From the human T2T-CHM13v2.0 reference genome, Homo sapiens, in the NCBI RefSeq assembly GCF_009914755.1, contig NC_060927.1: a stretch of 64,000 bases of DNA; one strand, written 5' to 3'. Of the stretch, positions 1 to 13,533 are shown piece by piece; within the stretch, counting starts at the first letter, position 1; every line of letters starts with the position of its first letter. Below the pieces are notes generated by a model. That model had not been told where the DNA came from, searched no databases, and saw only the letters and a list, made by a program, of their open reading frames with translations. Made by a program: the position numbers and the translations under genes.

Positions 1-588
1 TTCTAAGGTTCAAAGAAGTTATTTGTCCAAAGTCAAGTATCTAATATGCATGTGTACCTAGGGTACCAAAAAGTAGTTTCTAAATAGAAATAATTTATAG
101 TTGTATGGATTTTTTTCATATAAAATGCTTCATGTATTTGCATGTCATCTTGCATATTTCGTCAGTCCTAACAAAGTCATTTAAATTTTTTAAGAGATTA
201 AATACATTTTTTTAAAAGCAGAGGGTGAAAATATATTCATGAGGAGAAATTGGGAGTAATGAAAATCTTTAATTGGGCCTACTAAAGGCTTTCTGACTAG
301 CTTTAAACTTTAAATTTCTGTATTACTTATACCTATCAAAGAATTCAACTCACATTCAGCTTAAAGTATATTCTTTCAATTTACTACCGACCATTGAACT
401 TTTAAAAAAATCAATCCTTTTAACTTCAATAAATTTATCTGAATATTTAAAGTTGTAGAATTTAACCCAATGAGCAGACTGCACTTCTCATCTAGACAAA
501 TTATAAGCATAAATCATAGTGAAAAATATACATGAGGAGATACTAAAACACTTTTAATGTTAAAAAACTATATCAAAAATCACATTAA

Positions 589-884
<296 letters not shown>

Positions 885-953
885 AAAAAAATCGCATTAT
901 TTTTATATAATTAAAAACAATTTTATGAAAATACATTAAATAAGCCTACATAC

Positions 954-1069
954 CTGGTATTTAGATGAGGTTCTAGTATTTCCCGAACATGCTCAGGAAA
1001 TCTCCTCCACAATTGGTGACCTGGGCCGTTGGTCTCCATCTCTCTACAGTCATAAATAGAAAGCAACTC
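954..1069 (-). CDS. ATR: ATR exon 24 (116 nt); gene continues beyond the window
   Basis: ELLSIYDCREMETNGPGHQLWRRFPEHVREILEPHLNT; donor AG|gtatg. Confidence 0.95.
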
Positions 1070-1161
1070 CTACAAATACATATTTTACATTTGTAAGTCC
1101 ACAGTGAAGCAGATAACGCTTTATATTCGTCAATGTTCTACATATCTTAGTTATAAAAATA

Positions 1162-3675
1162 CAGCCATAACTCATTTTATTGCACTTCGCTTTATTTATG
1201 CTTCATGGATGCTGTTTTTTTTGTCTGTTTGTTTTTTTAGAAATAGAAGGTTTGTGGCCACTATGCATGCAGTAAATCTATCAGTGCCATTTTCCCAACA
1301 ACATATGCTCACTTCATGTCTCTATGTCGCATTTCGGTAATTCTCAAAATATTTCAAACTTTTTCATTATTACTATATCTGTTATAGTGATATATGATCA
1401 GTGATCTTTGATGTTACTGTTGTAATTGCTTTGGGGCTCCACAAACTGTGCCCATATAAGACAGTGAACCTAATCGATAAATGTGGTGTGTGTTCTGACC
1501 AGCCGTTCCATCCCCCTCACTCTCTTTGGGACTTCATATTTCCAAAGACATAAGAATATTGAAATTAGGCCAATTAATGACCCTACAGTGGCCTCTAAGT
1601 ATACATATGAAAGGAGGAATCGCACATCTCTCACTTTAAATCAAAAGCTAGAAATGACTAAGCCTAGTGAAGAAGGCATGTCAAAAACCTAGACAAGCCA
1701 AAAGCTAGGTGTCTTGCACCTAACAGCCAAGTATAAATGCAAAGAAAAAGTTCTTGAAGGAAATTAAAAGTGTTACTCCAATGAATACATCAAATATAAG
1801 AAAGAGAAACAGTCTTATTTCTGATATAGAGAAAGTTTTAGTGGTCTGGATAAAAGATCAAACTAGCCACAACATTCCCTTAAGCCAAAGCCTAATCCAA
1901 AGAAAAGCCCTAGTTCTCTCCAATTCTATGAAATCTGAGAGAGGAGAATAAGTTGCAGAAAAAAAGTTTGAAGTGATACAACTCAAGGGGCGCTTCTTAA
2001 AAAACAAAAAAAAACCCAAAAAGTTTGAAGCAAACAGAGGTTGCTTCATGAGGTTTAAGGAAAAGAAGCTGTCTCTATAACATAAAAGTGTAAGGTGAAG
2101 AAGCAACTATTGATAGAGAAGCTGCAGCAAGTTATCCAGAAGATCTAGCTAAAATCATTCTATTCTGTTGGAAGAAGATGCTATCCAGGACTTTCACAGC
2201 TAGAGAGGAGAAGTCAATGCCTGGCTTCAAAGCTTCAAAGGACAGGTTAATAACTCTCTTGTTAAGGGCTAATGCAATTGGTGACTTTAAATTGAAGCCA
2301 ATGCTCATTGACGATTCCATACATCCTAGGGCTGTTAGGAATTAGGCTAAATCTAAATATATGCGTCTACTATATACCCATAAAAATTGAAAATTAGAAC
2401 AATAAAAGTAAAAAAAATTTAAAAATAAAAAATTATGTGAAATCTACTCTGCCTGTGCTCTATAAATGCAGCAACAAAGCCTGAATGACAACACATCTGT
2501 TTACAGCATGGTTTACTGAATATTTTAAGCTCACTGTTGAGACCTACTGGTCACAATAAAAGATTCCTTTCCAAATATTACTGCTCATTGACAATGTACC
2601 TGTCACCTGGGAGCTCTGATGGAGCTATACAAGGATATTAATGTTGTTTTCGTGCCTGCTAACACAACATCCATTTTGCAGCCCGTGTATCAAGGGGTAA
2701 TTTTGACTTTCAAGTTTTATTACTTAAGAAATACATTTTATAAGGTTATAGCGGCCACAGATAGTAATTCCTCTGATGGATCTGGGCAGAGTAAACTGAA
2801 AACCTTCTGGAAAGAATTCACTATTCTAGATATCATTAAGAACGTTCATGATTCATGAGAAGTCAAAATATCTATCAACATTAACAGGAGTTTGAAAGAA
2901 GTTGATTCCAACCCCTCCTGGATAACTCTGAGAGGCTCAAAATTTCAGTGGAGGAAGTAACTAGAGATGTGATAAAAACAGCAAGAAAACTAGAGTTAGA
3001 AGTGGAGCCTGAAGATAGGACTGAATTACTGCCTTCTCATGATAAAACCTGAATGGACGAGGAGTTGCTTTTTATAAGCAAAGAAAGTGGTTTCTGGAGA
3101 TGGAATCTACTGTGGTTCCACTCAAAATGCTGTGAACACTGTTCAGGTGACAACGAAGGATTTAGAACATTACATAAACTTAGTTGATTAAGCAGTGGCA
3201 AGGTTTGAGAGGACTCATTCAAATTTTGAAAGAAGTTCTACTGTGGGGAAAATGGTATCAAACAGCATCACAGGCTACAGAGAAACCTTTCATGAAAGGC
3301 AACTGATGTGGCAAACTTCGTTGTCTGATTTTTTTAAGAAATTGCCACAGCCATTCCAACCTTCAGCAACCACCACGGTAATTAATCAGCATCATCAACA
3401 TTGAGGCAAAATCTTCCACCAGCAAAACCATTATGACTTGCGAAGGCTCAGAAGATGGTTAGCATTTTTTAGCAACAAAGTATTTTTTAAATAAAGGCAT
3501 TTACATTGGTTTTTAGACATAATGCTATTGCACACCTGACAGACTATAGTATAGTGTAAACATAATGTTAATATGCACTGGGAAACTGAAGAATTCATGT
3601 AACTTGCTTTATAGAGATACTTGCTTTATTGTGGTGGTCTGGAACTGAACCCCTACTATCTCTGAGTTATGCTTG
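1162..3675 (+). mobile_element. Tigger1 (TcMar-Tigger), near full length, decayed transposase
   Basis: TA TSDs; TIRs CAGCCATAACTC / GAGTTATGCTTG; ORF remnants [42 protein letters not shown]. Confidence 0.92.
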
Positions 3676-4012
3676 TACATAGAAAAATAAACAGAATTTT
3701 ATAGTTTTAGAGCTGTGAACATCCTTAGGACATTTATTTCAATGCCTAGAATGATTTAAGTAACTCATTTAAGTCACAAAGCTGAGGCAGTAGTATATAT
3801 TTGTATATACATACAAAAATTTTGAAAGTAACTATACCTATAATAATTGGTTAAGAGGTATGCTTCTGTACTCTAAAATGTTTATCATGAACTTGTATAA
3901 CTTTGATAAAAGTGAGAATTAAAACAAAAAGGAGTTTCACAAGTATAGAATTTACAACGTTCTTATTTGAATTAAACAATTTAAAGCCAGTAATGACTAT
4001 ATCCACTCTTAC

Positions 4013-4126
4013 CTGAATGGCATAGGCAGCTGAATCTTGAGCTCGGCTATTATCAGCATACGCAAGGTAAGCTCTTGTTAGCTCCATCAATAATCCATAG
4101 GCAAAGCTTGAATCTTCTACTCCAGT
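4013..4126 (-). CDS. ATR: ATR exon 23 (114 nt)
   Basis: TGVEDSSFAYGLLMELTRAYLAYADNSRAQDSAAYAIQ; acceptor is GAG|. Confidence 0.94.
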
Positions 4127-4424
4127 CTCAATCAGAAAAAAAAAAAAGAAAATTCCAGGATAACTGCTATAAATTTTCTTAGGTGTACTGCTTTTTCCAT
4201 GGTGAATTTAACTTAACTGCGTAAGTGAATTTAACTTAGACAAAGGAAAAGACAGTGAGGTTCAAACTAAGTTTGGTATCAAGACTACAATATAATCTGT
4301 AGCTAAAAAGCCAAAATGTAAAGCTTTTTAGGCTATTTCTAAGGTGTACAAAAAATTATTCAACTTTTGCATATCTCTGACAATTTGCATTGTTTGTTTT
4401 TTAACCCTTAAAAAGCAAAATGTA

Positions 4425-4764
<340 letters not shown>

Positions 4765-5277
4765 TCATCTGAGAACCTCTAAGGAATAATTTTAATATAC
4801 GCATATAGTATAACTCTTGGAGATATAGTCTTAGAGATTCACAATGCACACAGATACATTAAAAGTCACATTTTTTTTAAAAGGTCACATTTAATTTTGT
4901 TCTATATGGAGTTCCCAAACTCATTTGACTACAAAACATTACTACTGTAATATCCTGGAAACTAGTTATCCATGGAAACACTAGCAATAATGTTTAAAAA
5001 GTAATATTTAAATAATTGATTAGGCTTTAAGTATTGTCATTATTATATTAGGAAGCTTTATTTACAAGAATATAACACCCTAGATGGGGTTCAAACTTTA
5101 TTGCTTTTGGCTAAAGGTTTCTGCAATAGTAAAAGAAATAAACTCAGAAGTTAACTGATTGTCTGGTTCTAGGTGAAGCTTTTATTAAGGATAAGCTGAA
5201 TAGTTCTTTGTAAATGAAATATATAAACCTCAATAGGACAGAGAACTCTTTTGTCATTCCAAATTTCCACTACTTAC

Positions 5278-5484
5278 CACAAATGTAAAATCTTTTCCTT
5301 GAGTTTCAGTTGTTGAGAAATCTAATCGACCTGGATCTATCGCCCCCAATTCCCCTAAACATTCCCCACAGAGCAACCGAGCTTGAGAGTTTGCATCTTG
5401 GCAACCTTTCAAAAGCACTGTCACCAACTGTGAGATAATAGGTTCTACTGTTTCACTGTCTGTTGCATACTTTATCAGTTTTTC
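5278..5484 (-). CDS. ATR: ATR exon 22 (207 nt)
   Basis: EKLIKYATDSETVEPIISQLVTVLLKGCQDANSQARLLCGECLGELGAIDPGRLDF...FTFV (HEAT repeat). Confidence 0.95.
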
Positions 5485-6818
5485 CTAAAATAAAAGTAGA
5501 AAGAAAATTTATACGTAATTTCTACAAACTAGTATGTTTTCCTGAGCTAGGAAGCTTAAAAATATTAAGGAATATCTAACATAAATATTGACAAAATTAA
5601 ATTTCTGTATCTGCAATTTTTTCAGCTAGTTTTTGATGAGTTCACATAATATAGTTCAACAATATGTCCTGTACAATTAGAATCATTAAATGTCTGAAAG
5701 TCTTTGATCATTAATCCATTAAACAAGCAGTTACTGTGCATTTTATCAATATACAAAAAATCAGTAAAACAAGTCTTAACAAGTTCACAGTCTAAGAGGA
5801 AAACAGACAAATAACTAAAATATCATATGATATGTACAATAACAAATATACTTGTACGGCAAAGAAGCAATGAATAAGAAAAAACACAGAGTAACTTTTA
5901 AAGGACAGTGGACAGATATTTCAGTAGATAAGTGGAGGAGCAACTATTAGGTTAAAACAAGAAGTTTGAAAAGTGTATAACAACTAGTAAAGAAGGAAAA
6001 AAGATATAAAAAAGGGTTCTGTGAGGATGGAAAAGAGGGAGGAAGAAAGAGGTAGCCTAATGATAAATATGTCAATTCAAATAGTCTTTTTTCAGCTATC
6101 TCTTCAGGATGCTGTAATGAATAAAATGTTAAGTAAGAAGAAACAATTCTCAAGCCAGTGAAGATTTAGACCTTGCACTTGTGTGATCACTTTAAAGCTA
6201 CTTCATTTATATTATTTTCTTTCTAGCACAAGTCAAGTGTATAGGAGCATCTCAAACTCCATGTTAGAACTGTAATGAGTAATACAAATTACTGTAATAC
6301 ATTTCAAAAGAAAAACGAAAAGACATTTAATCTTATCCAGAATCTTCAATAGCTGATTTCTTAAATAACATTACAGGTTAATTCAGCTGTAAAGACCGCC
6401 TCCCCACCCCCACACATACACACCCTGGTAATCAGTTAAAAGTAAAACTCAGATAAGAAGTGTCACTTTTTATCATATACTAAATGTCCATATGTACTTG
6501 GGTCTATTTCTAGACCTCCTATTGTTTCCCACTGGTCTGGTTATTCATATACTAGTTACCTCTTTGTTATAACTGTAGTGGCTACAAAGTATATTAATGT
6601 TTGGTTGGGCTACTATATTCTCATAACCTTTTTTTTTACAGGGGGAGTTTACTAGCTATTTTTTACATGTTTTATTTTTCCATATGAGCATTATTATAAA
6701 CCTCCTACAGTTAAAAAAAAAACAACTTTGGTGACATTTTCATTGGGATTGCATTCCATTAATTAACCTAAGGAGAACTGAAATCGTTATAACATCAACC
6801 TACCCAATAATAAGGGAT

Positions 6819-7280
6819 TGATATAGCTTAGGTATCTGTCCATTCCAAATCTCATATTGAAATGTGACCCCCAGTGTTGGAGGTGAGATCTGGTGGCAGG
6901 TGTTTGGGTCACATGGGTGGATCCCTCATGAATGGCTTGGTGCCATCCCTGTGATAATAAGTGAGTTCTTTCTCTATTAGTTCAGGTGTGAGCTGGACTC
7001 CATTAGTTCAAGTGATAACTGGTTATTTGAGAGTATGGCACTCCTCCCATTGCTTTCTTGCTCCCTCTCTCACCATGTGATATGCCAACTCCCCTTCCCC
7101 TTTGGCTATGAGTAAAGGCTCAGGCTTGCTGAAACCCTCACCAGAAGCAGATGCTGGCACCATGCTTCTTGTATAGGTTGCAGAACCATAAGCCAAATAA
7201 ACCTCTTCTTTTTAATAAATTACCCAGCCTCAGGGTAATTTACTATAATTCCTTTACAGCAAAGCAAACAGACTAAAACA
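6819..7280 (+). mobile_element. MST (MSTB-like) MaLR solo LTR
   Basis: TG...CA ends; near-TSD GGGAT/GTGAT; AATAAACCTCT signal. Confidence 0.82.
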
Positions 7281-8077
7281 GTGATGGTTTCCATTTAGTT
7301 AAATCTATTACCCTTTTGTGTCTTTCAGAAGCATTTTAAAATTTTTCTTTTGTTGGTGTATGCATTTCTTGTTAAGTTTATACTCAACTATATTGTTTTC
7401 CTGTTGCTATTGTAAATGGGGTATTCCAAAAAAATTTCTACCTAGTTACCACTTGTCATATGAAAATTATTAATTTTTATGTTAATTTTATATCCCCTAT
7501 TTTACTGAATTCATCTGTGGTCAAGTTAGTTTTATCAGTAATTCTCTATAATTTCCGAAGTATATTAGCATAAGAAATGGAGATAATTTTACATCTTTTC
7601 CAATTCTTATGTCTCTGATTATCATATCATCTGTAAATATAGTTTTACATCTTTTCCAACTTTTATGTCTGATTGCTTTTTTCCCTAAATTCCTTAGCCA
7701 ATACCTCCAAGTGAACGCTAAATAGTGCAGATAATAGGAAACCTTGCTTTCAGTGGGAATGTTTCTTGTTTCCCATTAAGTATGTGTATATATGTACTAT
7801 GTATATATATACATAGTACATATATAAACATGCATACATATATGTACACATATACATTAAGATAATATTCATCAATTTCTGTTTTCTTGAGTGTTTTCAT
7901 TTGAAGTAGGTGATGAAATGTGTCAAAGTCTATTCGGCATCTATGGAAATAATAGCATGATTTTCTCTTTAGATCTATTAATATAGTGAATTACATTCGT
8001 GGATTGCTAAGTATTAACCATCTTTGCAATACTGGAATAAAATGCAACTGGTCATGGGGTATTGTGGGTTTGTTTTT

Positions 8078-8372
8078 GTTTTTTTTTTTTTGAGACAGGG
8101 TCCCGCTCTGTTGCCCTGGCTGGAATGCAGTGGCATGATCTTGGCTCACTGCAGCCTCAAACTCCCCAGGCCAAGGTGATCCTCCCACCTCAACCTCCAA
8201 GTAGCTTGGACTTTAGGCATGTGCCACCATGCCTGGCTAATTTTTGTATTTTTTGTAGAGATGGGGTCTTGCTATATTGCTCAGGCTGGTCTCGAACCCT
8301 TGGGCTCAAGCAATCCATCTGCCTTGGCCTCCCAAAGTGTTGGGATTACAGGCATGAGCCACTACACCCAGC
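8078..8372 (-). mobile_element. Alu (J-type)
   Basis: dimer with poly-T on + strand. Confidence 0.9.
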
Positions 8373-10085
8373 ATGGGGTGTTTTCTTAATGTGAAATTGA
8401 TTTGTTTGATAATATTTCATTTATAAATTTTTACACTGATATTAATATGATAATCTTTAATTTTTTGTTTCATGCTATCTTTTTTCGGTCTACTGAACAC
8501 TGTTATATATTGCCGCTTTTTTAAAAATGGAAGTTTTCTTTCATTTCCTATACTCCAGGACAATTTAAACACCACTGAGACTATTTAGTTTGTGAAAATT
8601 TGATTTAAAAATCCCCTTATCTGGGCCTGGTGCTTTCCTATGGATGAAGTTCTTTTATAATATTCTCTATTTCTCCTACAGAAACTAATCTTTTAAGCTT
8701 TCTATTTCAGCTAGAGTTCATTTTGATACACTATATATTCCAGGAAAAGTATACATGTTTACAAATTTATTTGTGTAAAAGGGTACAAAGTAGTCTCTTG
8801 TGATTTTTAAATACCTTCTATGTTTCAACAGTTTATTATTTACATATTTGACATTTACCAATTTCGCTAGTTTTTTGCTAGCATTTTTACTCATTAATTA
8901 ATTTTACTGCTTTCTGTTCTCTATATTTCTGCTTTTATTTTTATTATTTTCTTCCTGTACTATCTTTTCTTAAATAGTTTTAATAAAATATTTGTTTCAC
9001 ATACTATAAAATTAACTCTTCTAAGGTGTACAAATGAATGGTCTTTAGTATATTCACAAGTTTTAGTATAATGAAGTATATCACAAGTGCAACCATCACT
9101 TCTATTTAATTTCAGAACATTTTTACCATCTCAAAAGGAATCTGTACCCATCAGCAATCACTCCCCATTTCCCCCAAACCTCCTAACCCTAGGCAACCAT
9201 TAATCTACTTTCTATCTCTATGGATCTGTTTATTCAAGAATACCAAAGGTTGCCAGCAAACCACCAGAAGCTCTCAAAAGGAACCAACCCTGCCACCACC
9301 TTGATCTCAAACTTCTAGCCCATGGGAGCTGTGAGACAATAAATTTCTGTTTCTGTTGTTTAAAGTCATTCAGTTTGTAGTACTTTGTTATAGCAGCCCT
9401 AGCAAACTAACACAAAGATCCAACTAATACAATAATCAATTTTTATGAATGTTCTATCTGCTCTTTAAAGTATGCTTCTATTATCAAGGTGTAACGTCTG
9501 ACATATATTCACAATAGCTACTTTATTATGTTATTTAGATCTTCTACGTATTTATCTACTAACTTATTTTATACTGAGAATAACATGGTAGTCTCCTCTG
9601 ATTGAGTTTCTATATATATCTTCTTAAGCTTCTTATTTTGGCTTTATCAAGGTGGCTGGTGTGTTATTTGGAGCATATTCATAACTATTAAATCTTCCTT
9701 ATGAATTATGGCATTAAGCATTAAAAAGTATCCATTTTGGTCATATTTAATGCTTTTCAGCTTCAGTTCTATTTTGTTTGGTGGCAGAATGAGAATTCCT
9801 GCTTTCTTATACTTTCCACTTATCTGGATAATTTTTGCTTATCCCTTTATTTTTGGCCTTTCTGAATCACTTTAGGTACGTATCTTGCATGTGGTAGAGA
9901 GTTGTTTCTTACTTTGTAAGCCAATTTGTAAATTTTTTAATTTTAAGGTTGTTCACACTTATTAATGTGACTCAGATGCTTGGCTACAATTCTGTCAGAT
10001 TTTTTATTATAATACAATGGATTATAATTATAATACAGTATACTATAATTAGTGCTTTCTTCCCTCTATCCTGTTTCGTGTTTAA

Positions 10086-10463
<378 letters not shown>

Positions 10464-12528
10464 CTATCCAATATATTAATACCTTTAATATTAATTAAAG
10501 GTGAAATATTATTTACCTTAAAGGTAAAATAAAAATTAAGGTAATTTTTTGAAATACCTACACTCCCTCTTTTCCTTATTTGACTTTCTATAACTAGTTT
10601 GCCGGTGTAAAATGGTATATTTTGACTTCCAGTTATTGCCTATGCAACAATTACTGAGCTTATCTTACTTACTCCTTACTCTCCCCCTTCTCTCATTTAA
10701 AAAAATTGCATTATTTCTAGTTTATTAGAATATAACATTTACATATAATTATCCCACACTTGCCCTATTGTTGTTTTAGTCTTATATATTTCGTTAAATA
10801 CATAAACAGTAACCATCAGACCTTTTGCCAAAGTCTGCCCAGTCATCTCTTGACTTAATGAAGCTCATCCTCTAATACATCTCTTAGGAAGGGATCACTT
10901 GTGAAAACCATATTACTTCAATTCTTGTAGGTTTAAAACCGTGTTCTCATACATGATACTCTAAGGACAGCTTGACTCTTTCTTGACTCATACTTTATGA
11001 CATTTTTTGACATTTTAAAAAAATGCTGCTATTTTCTAGGCCCACTCTGTACATTCCTACTGAGAATTCTGATACCAATCTACTTTTTTTTCTCCTTGCA
11101 AGTAATTTTTTGAAAAAAAAATTTTTGGCCAGGAAGCTTTGAAGACTTTTTATTATTAAAGTCTAGGATATGTCTCAGAGTTAATTATCCTGGGTCAATT
11201 TTCTCCAGGATACAAGTCTTTTCAATATGTAGATTAGGTCTTTTATTTCCAGAAAGCTTTCTTGGATTATAATTTTAAATATTAATTCTGTTCTCTTGTT
11301 TTGGTTTTATTCTTCAGAGACATCAATTATTTGCAGGTGAAATCTTTGCCAATCTTCCATTTCAACTACTTTTTCTTTTTACTCCTTTTTACTCCTTTAT
11401 CTATTTTACTCCTTTATCTCATTTTTCTTCTGTTTTTTATACCTTTATTCAATGCCCCTTGCTAAATGTTTAGTCAAATATATTCTCCCCTGTAGTTCTT
11501 GTAATTTAATCTTCATTTCAATTTCTTTCCTAAGTTCAATCACCCTCGTTTCATCTTGGTTTTTATTTCTCTTGTTTTTTAAATTTTTCATGCAACTTTT
11601 TTTATATCTGAAAATGATTGTTTAAAATATTCAATTAAAGTTATACTGCTAAGTTCAATCTTCTTCCATGTTATGGTTGGTTTTGAGGAGGAACTGTCAT
11701 CAATTCACAGACTTTATTTTCATTTTCTATTTTTGTCTTACAGGAACCTTGCATACATATATTTTTTCTACACATATTGTGAAATTTCTAAACTAGAAAA
11801 CCCTCCATAACAGCTATCTGCAGTAAGCATTCTGTAGTGGCTTCAGGATTTCTCTTTCATGAGTATCCACGTCAGCATAGTGAAGTGCAGTTTTCTTCAT
11901 GAATAGCTTTTTTTTCTTTTTCTGGTAGCAGGGGGAGGATTTGGTTCATCTCTGATTTTGTACATTTCTTTTACTTCTGCAGGACCCTTAAAATTCTCCC
12001 TCTTACTTTCTTCTTTCTGTTTATGCCATAGTCTCTGAAGAGTGCCTCTCCTCTCCTCTTCTTTTACTACTCCCAAGAAACTGATTTTCAGAGACTACAA
12101 ACGTTGGGCATACTTTCAAGTACCTTCCCTGTAGCCAGTAGTCTGACATACCACATCCTGGACTTATTTTCAGTAATGTTGCACTTAAGAGTATGACTCT
12201 CTTTCTGTTGGTGATTTTCTCTTTGCTCCATCAATTCTTAGTTCCTATTCTTCATTTTCTTCTTTTTTTATACAGTCTCATCAGAACGTACCCGCTCTCA
12301 ACACCATACAAGGTTAAGATATGAGCTCCACAGATATCTCTGTTAGTTACAAGTAATTTGAAGTTCATAATATTCTGTCTCAAAGTTCTGTTGAAGGTGT
12401 AAATTATGTGTGGTTTCAATTGCTCTGCTTGACACTCTTTATGATATTTCAGGGGCTACACAGAAATTCAGATGTAGGCATCCACCATTATCCTAAGACA
12501 ACCTGAAAGTCTCTAGCAGTTTTATTTT

Positions 12529-13533
12529 ATTTTATTTTATTTTATTTTTATTATTATACTTTAAGTTTTAGGGTACTTGTACACAACGTGCAGGTTTGTT
12601 ACATATGTATACATGTGCCATGTTGGTGTGCTGCACCCATTAACTCGTCATTTAACATTAGGTATATCTCCTAATGCTATCCCTCCCCCAGCCCCTCACC
12701 CCACAACAGGCCCCAGTGTGTGATGTTCCCCTTCCTGTGTCCATGTGTTCTCATTGTTCAATTCCCACCAATGAGTGAGAACATGCGGTGTTTCGTTTTT
12801 TGTCCTTGAAATAGTTTGCTGAGAATGATGGTTTCCAGCTTCATCCATGTCCCTACAAAGGACATGAACTCATCCTTTTTTATGGCTGCATAGTATTCCA
12901 TGGGGTATATGTGCCACATTTTCTTAATTCAGTCTATCATTCTTGGACATTTGGGTTGGTTCCAAGTCTTTGCTATTGTGAATAGTGCTGCAATAAACAT
13001 ATGTGTGCATGTGTCTTTATAGCAGCATGTTTTATAATCCTTTGGGTATATACCCAGTAATGGGATGGCTGGGTCAAATGGTATTTCTAGTTCTAGATCC
13101 CTGAGGAATCGCCACACTGACTTCCACAATGGTTGAACTAGTTTACAGTCCCACCAACAGTGTAAAAGTGTTCCTATTTCCCCACATCCTCTCCAGCACC
13201 TGTTGTTTCCTGACTTTTTAATGATCACCATTCTAACTGGTGTGAGATGGTATCTCATTGTGGTTTTGATTTGCATTTCTCTGATGGCCAGTGAGGATGA
13301 GCATTTTTTCATGTGTTTTTTGGCTGCATAAATGTCTTCTTTTGAGAAGTGCCCTGCTTCGGCTCATGCTCGGTGGGCTGCACCCACTGTCCTGCACCCA
13401 CTGTCTGACACTCCCCAGTGAGATGAACCCGGTACCTCAGTTGGAAATGCAGAAATCACCCATCTTCTGCGTCACTCACGCTGGGAGCTGTAGACTGGAG
13501 CTGTTCCTATTTGGCCATCTTGGCTCCACCTCC
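12529..13533 (-). mobile_element. L1PA (PA3/PA4-like): 5'UTR tip fused to ORF2 end and 3'UTR
   Basis: ORF 12929..13312 is the ORF2 C-terminus; 13351-13533 is the reverse complement of the L1 5' end; TSD CAGTTTTATTTT at 12517-12528 and 13534-13545. Confidence 0.92.

Noticed and set aside
1483-3404. Possible domesticated TIGD-like transposase gene
   Set aside because: Fragmented by stops, frameshifts, insertions and loss of a catalytic motif
13340-13445. Classical SpIRE (L1 spliced from the +97 donor)
   Set aside because: The +97 donor is retained; the junction lies ~85 nt further 3' and is not GT-AG
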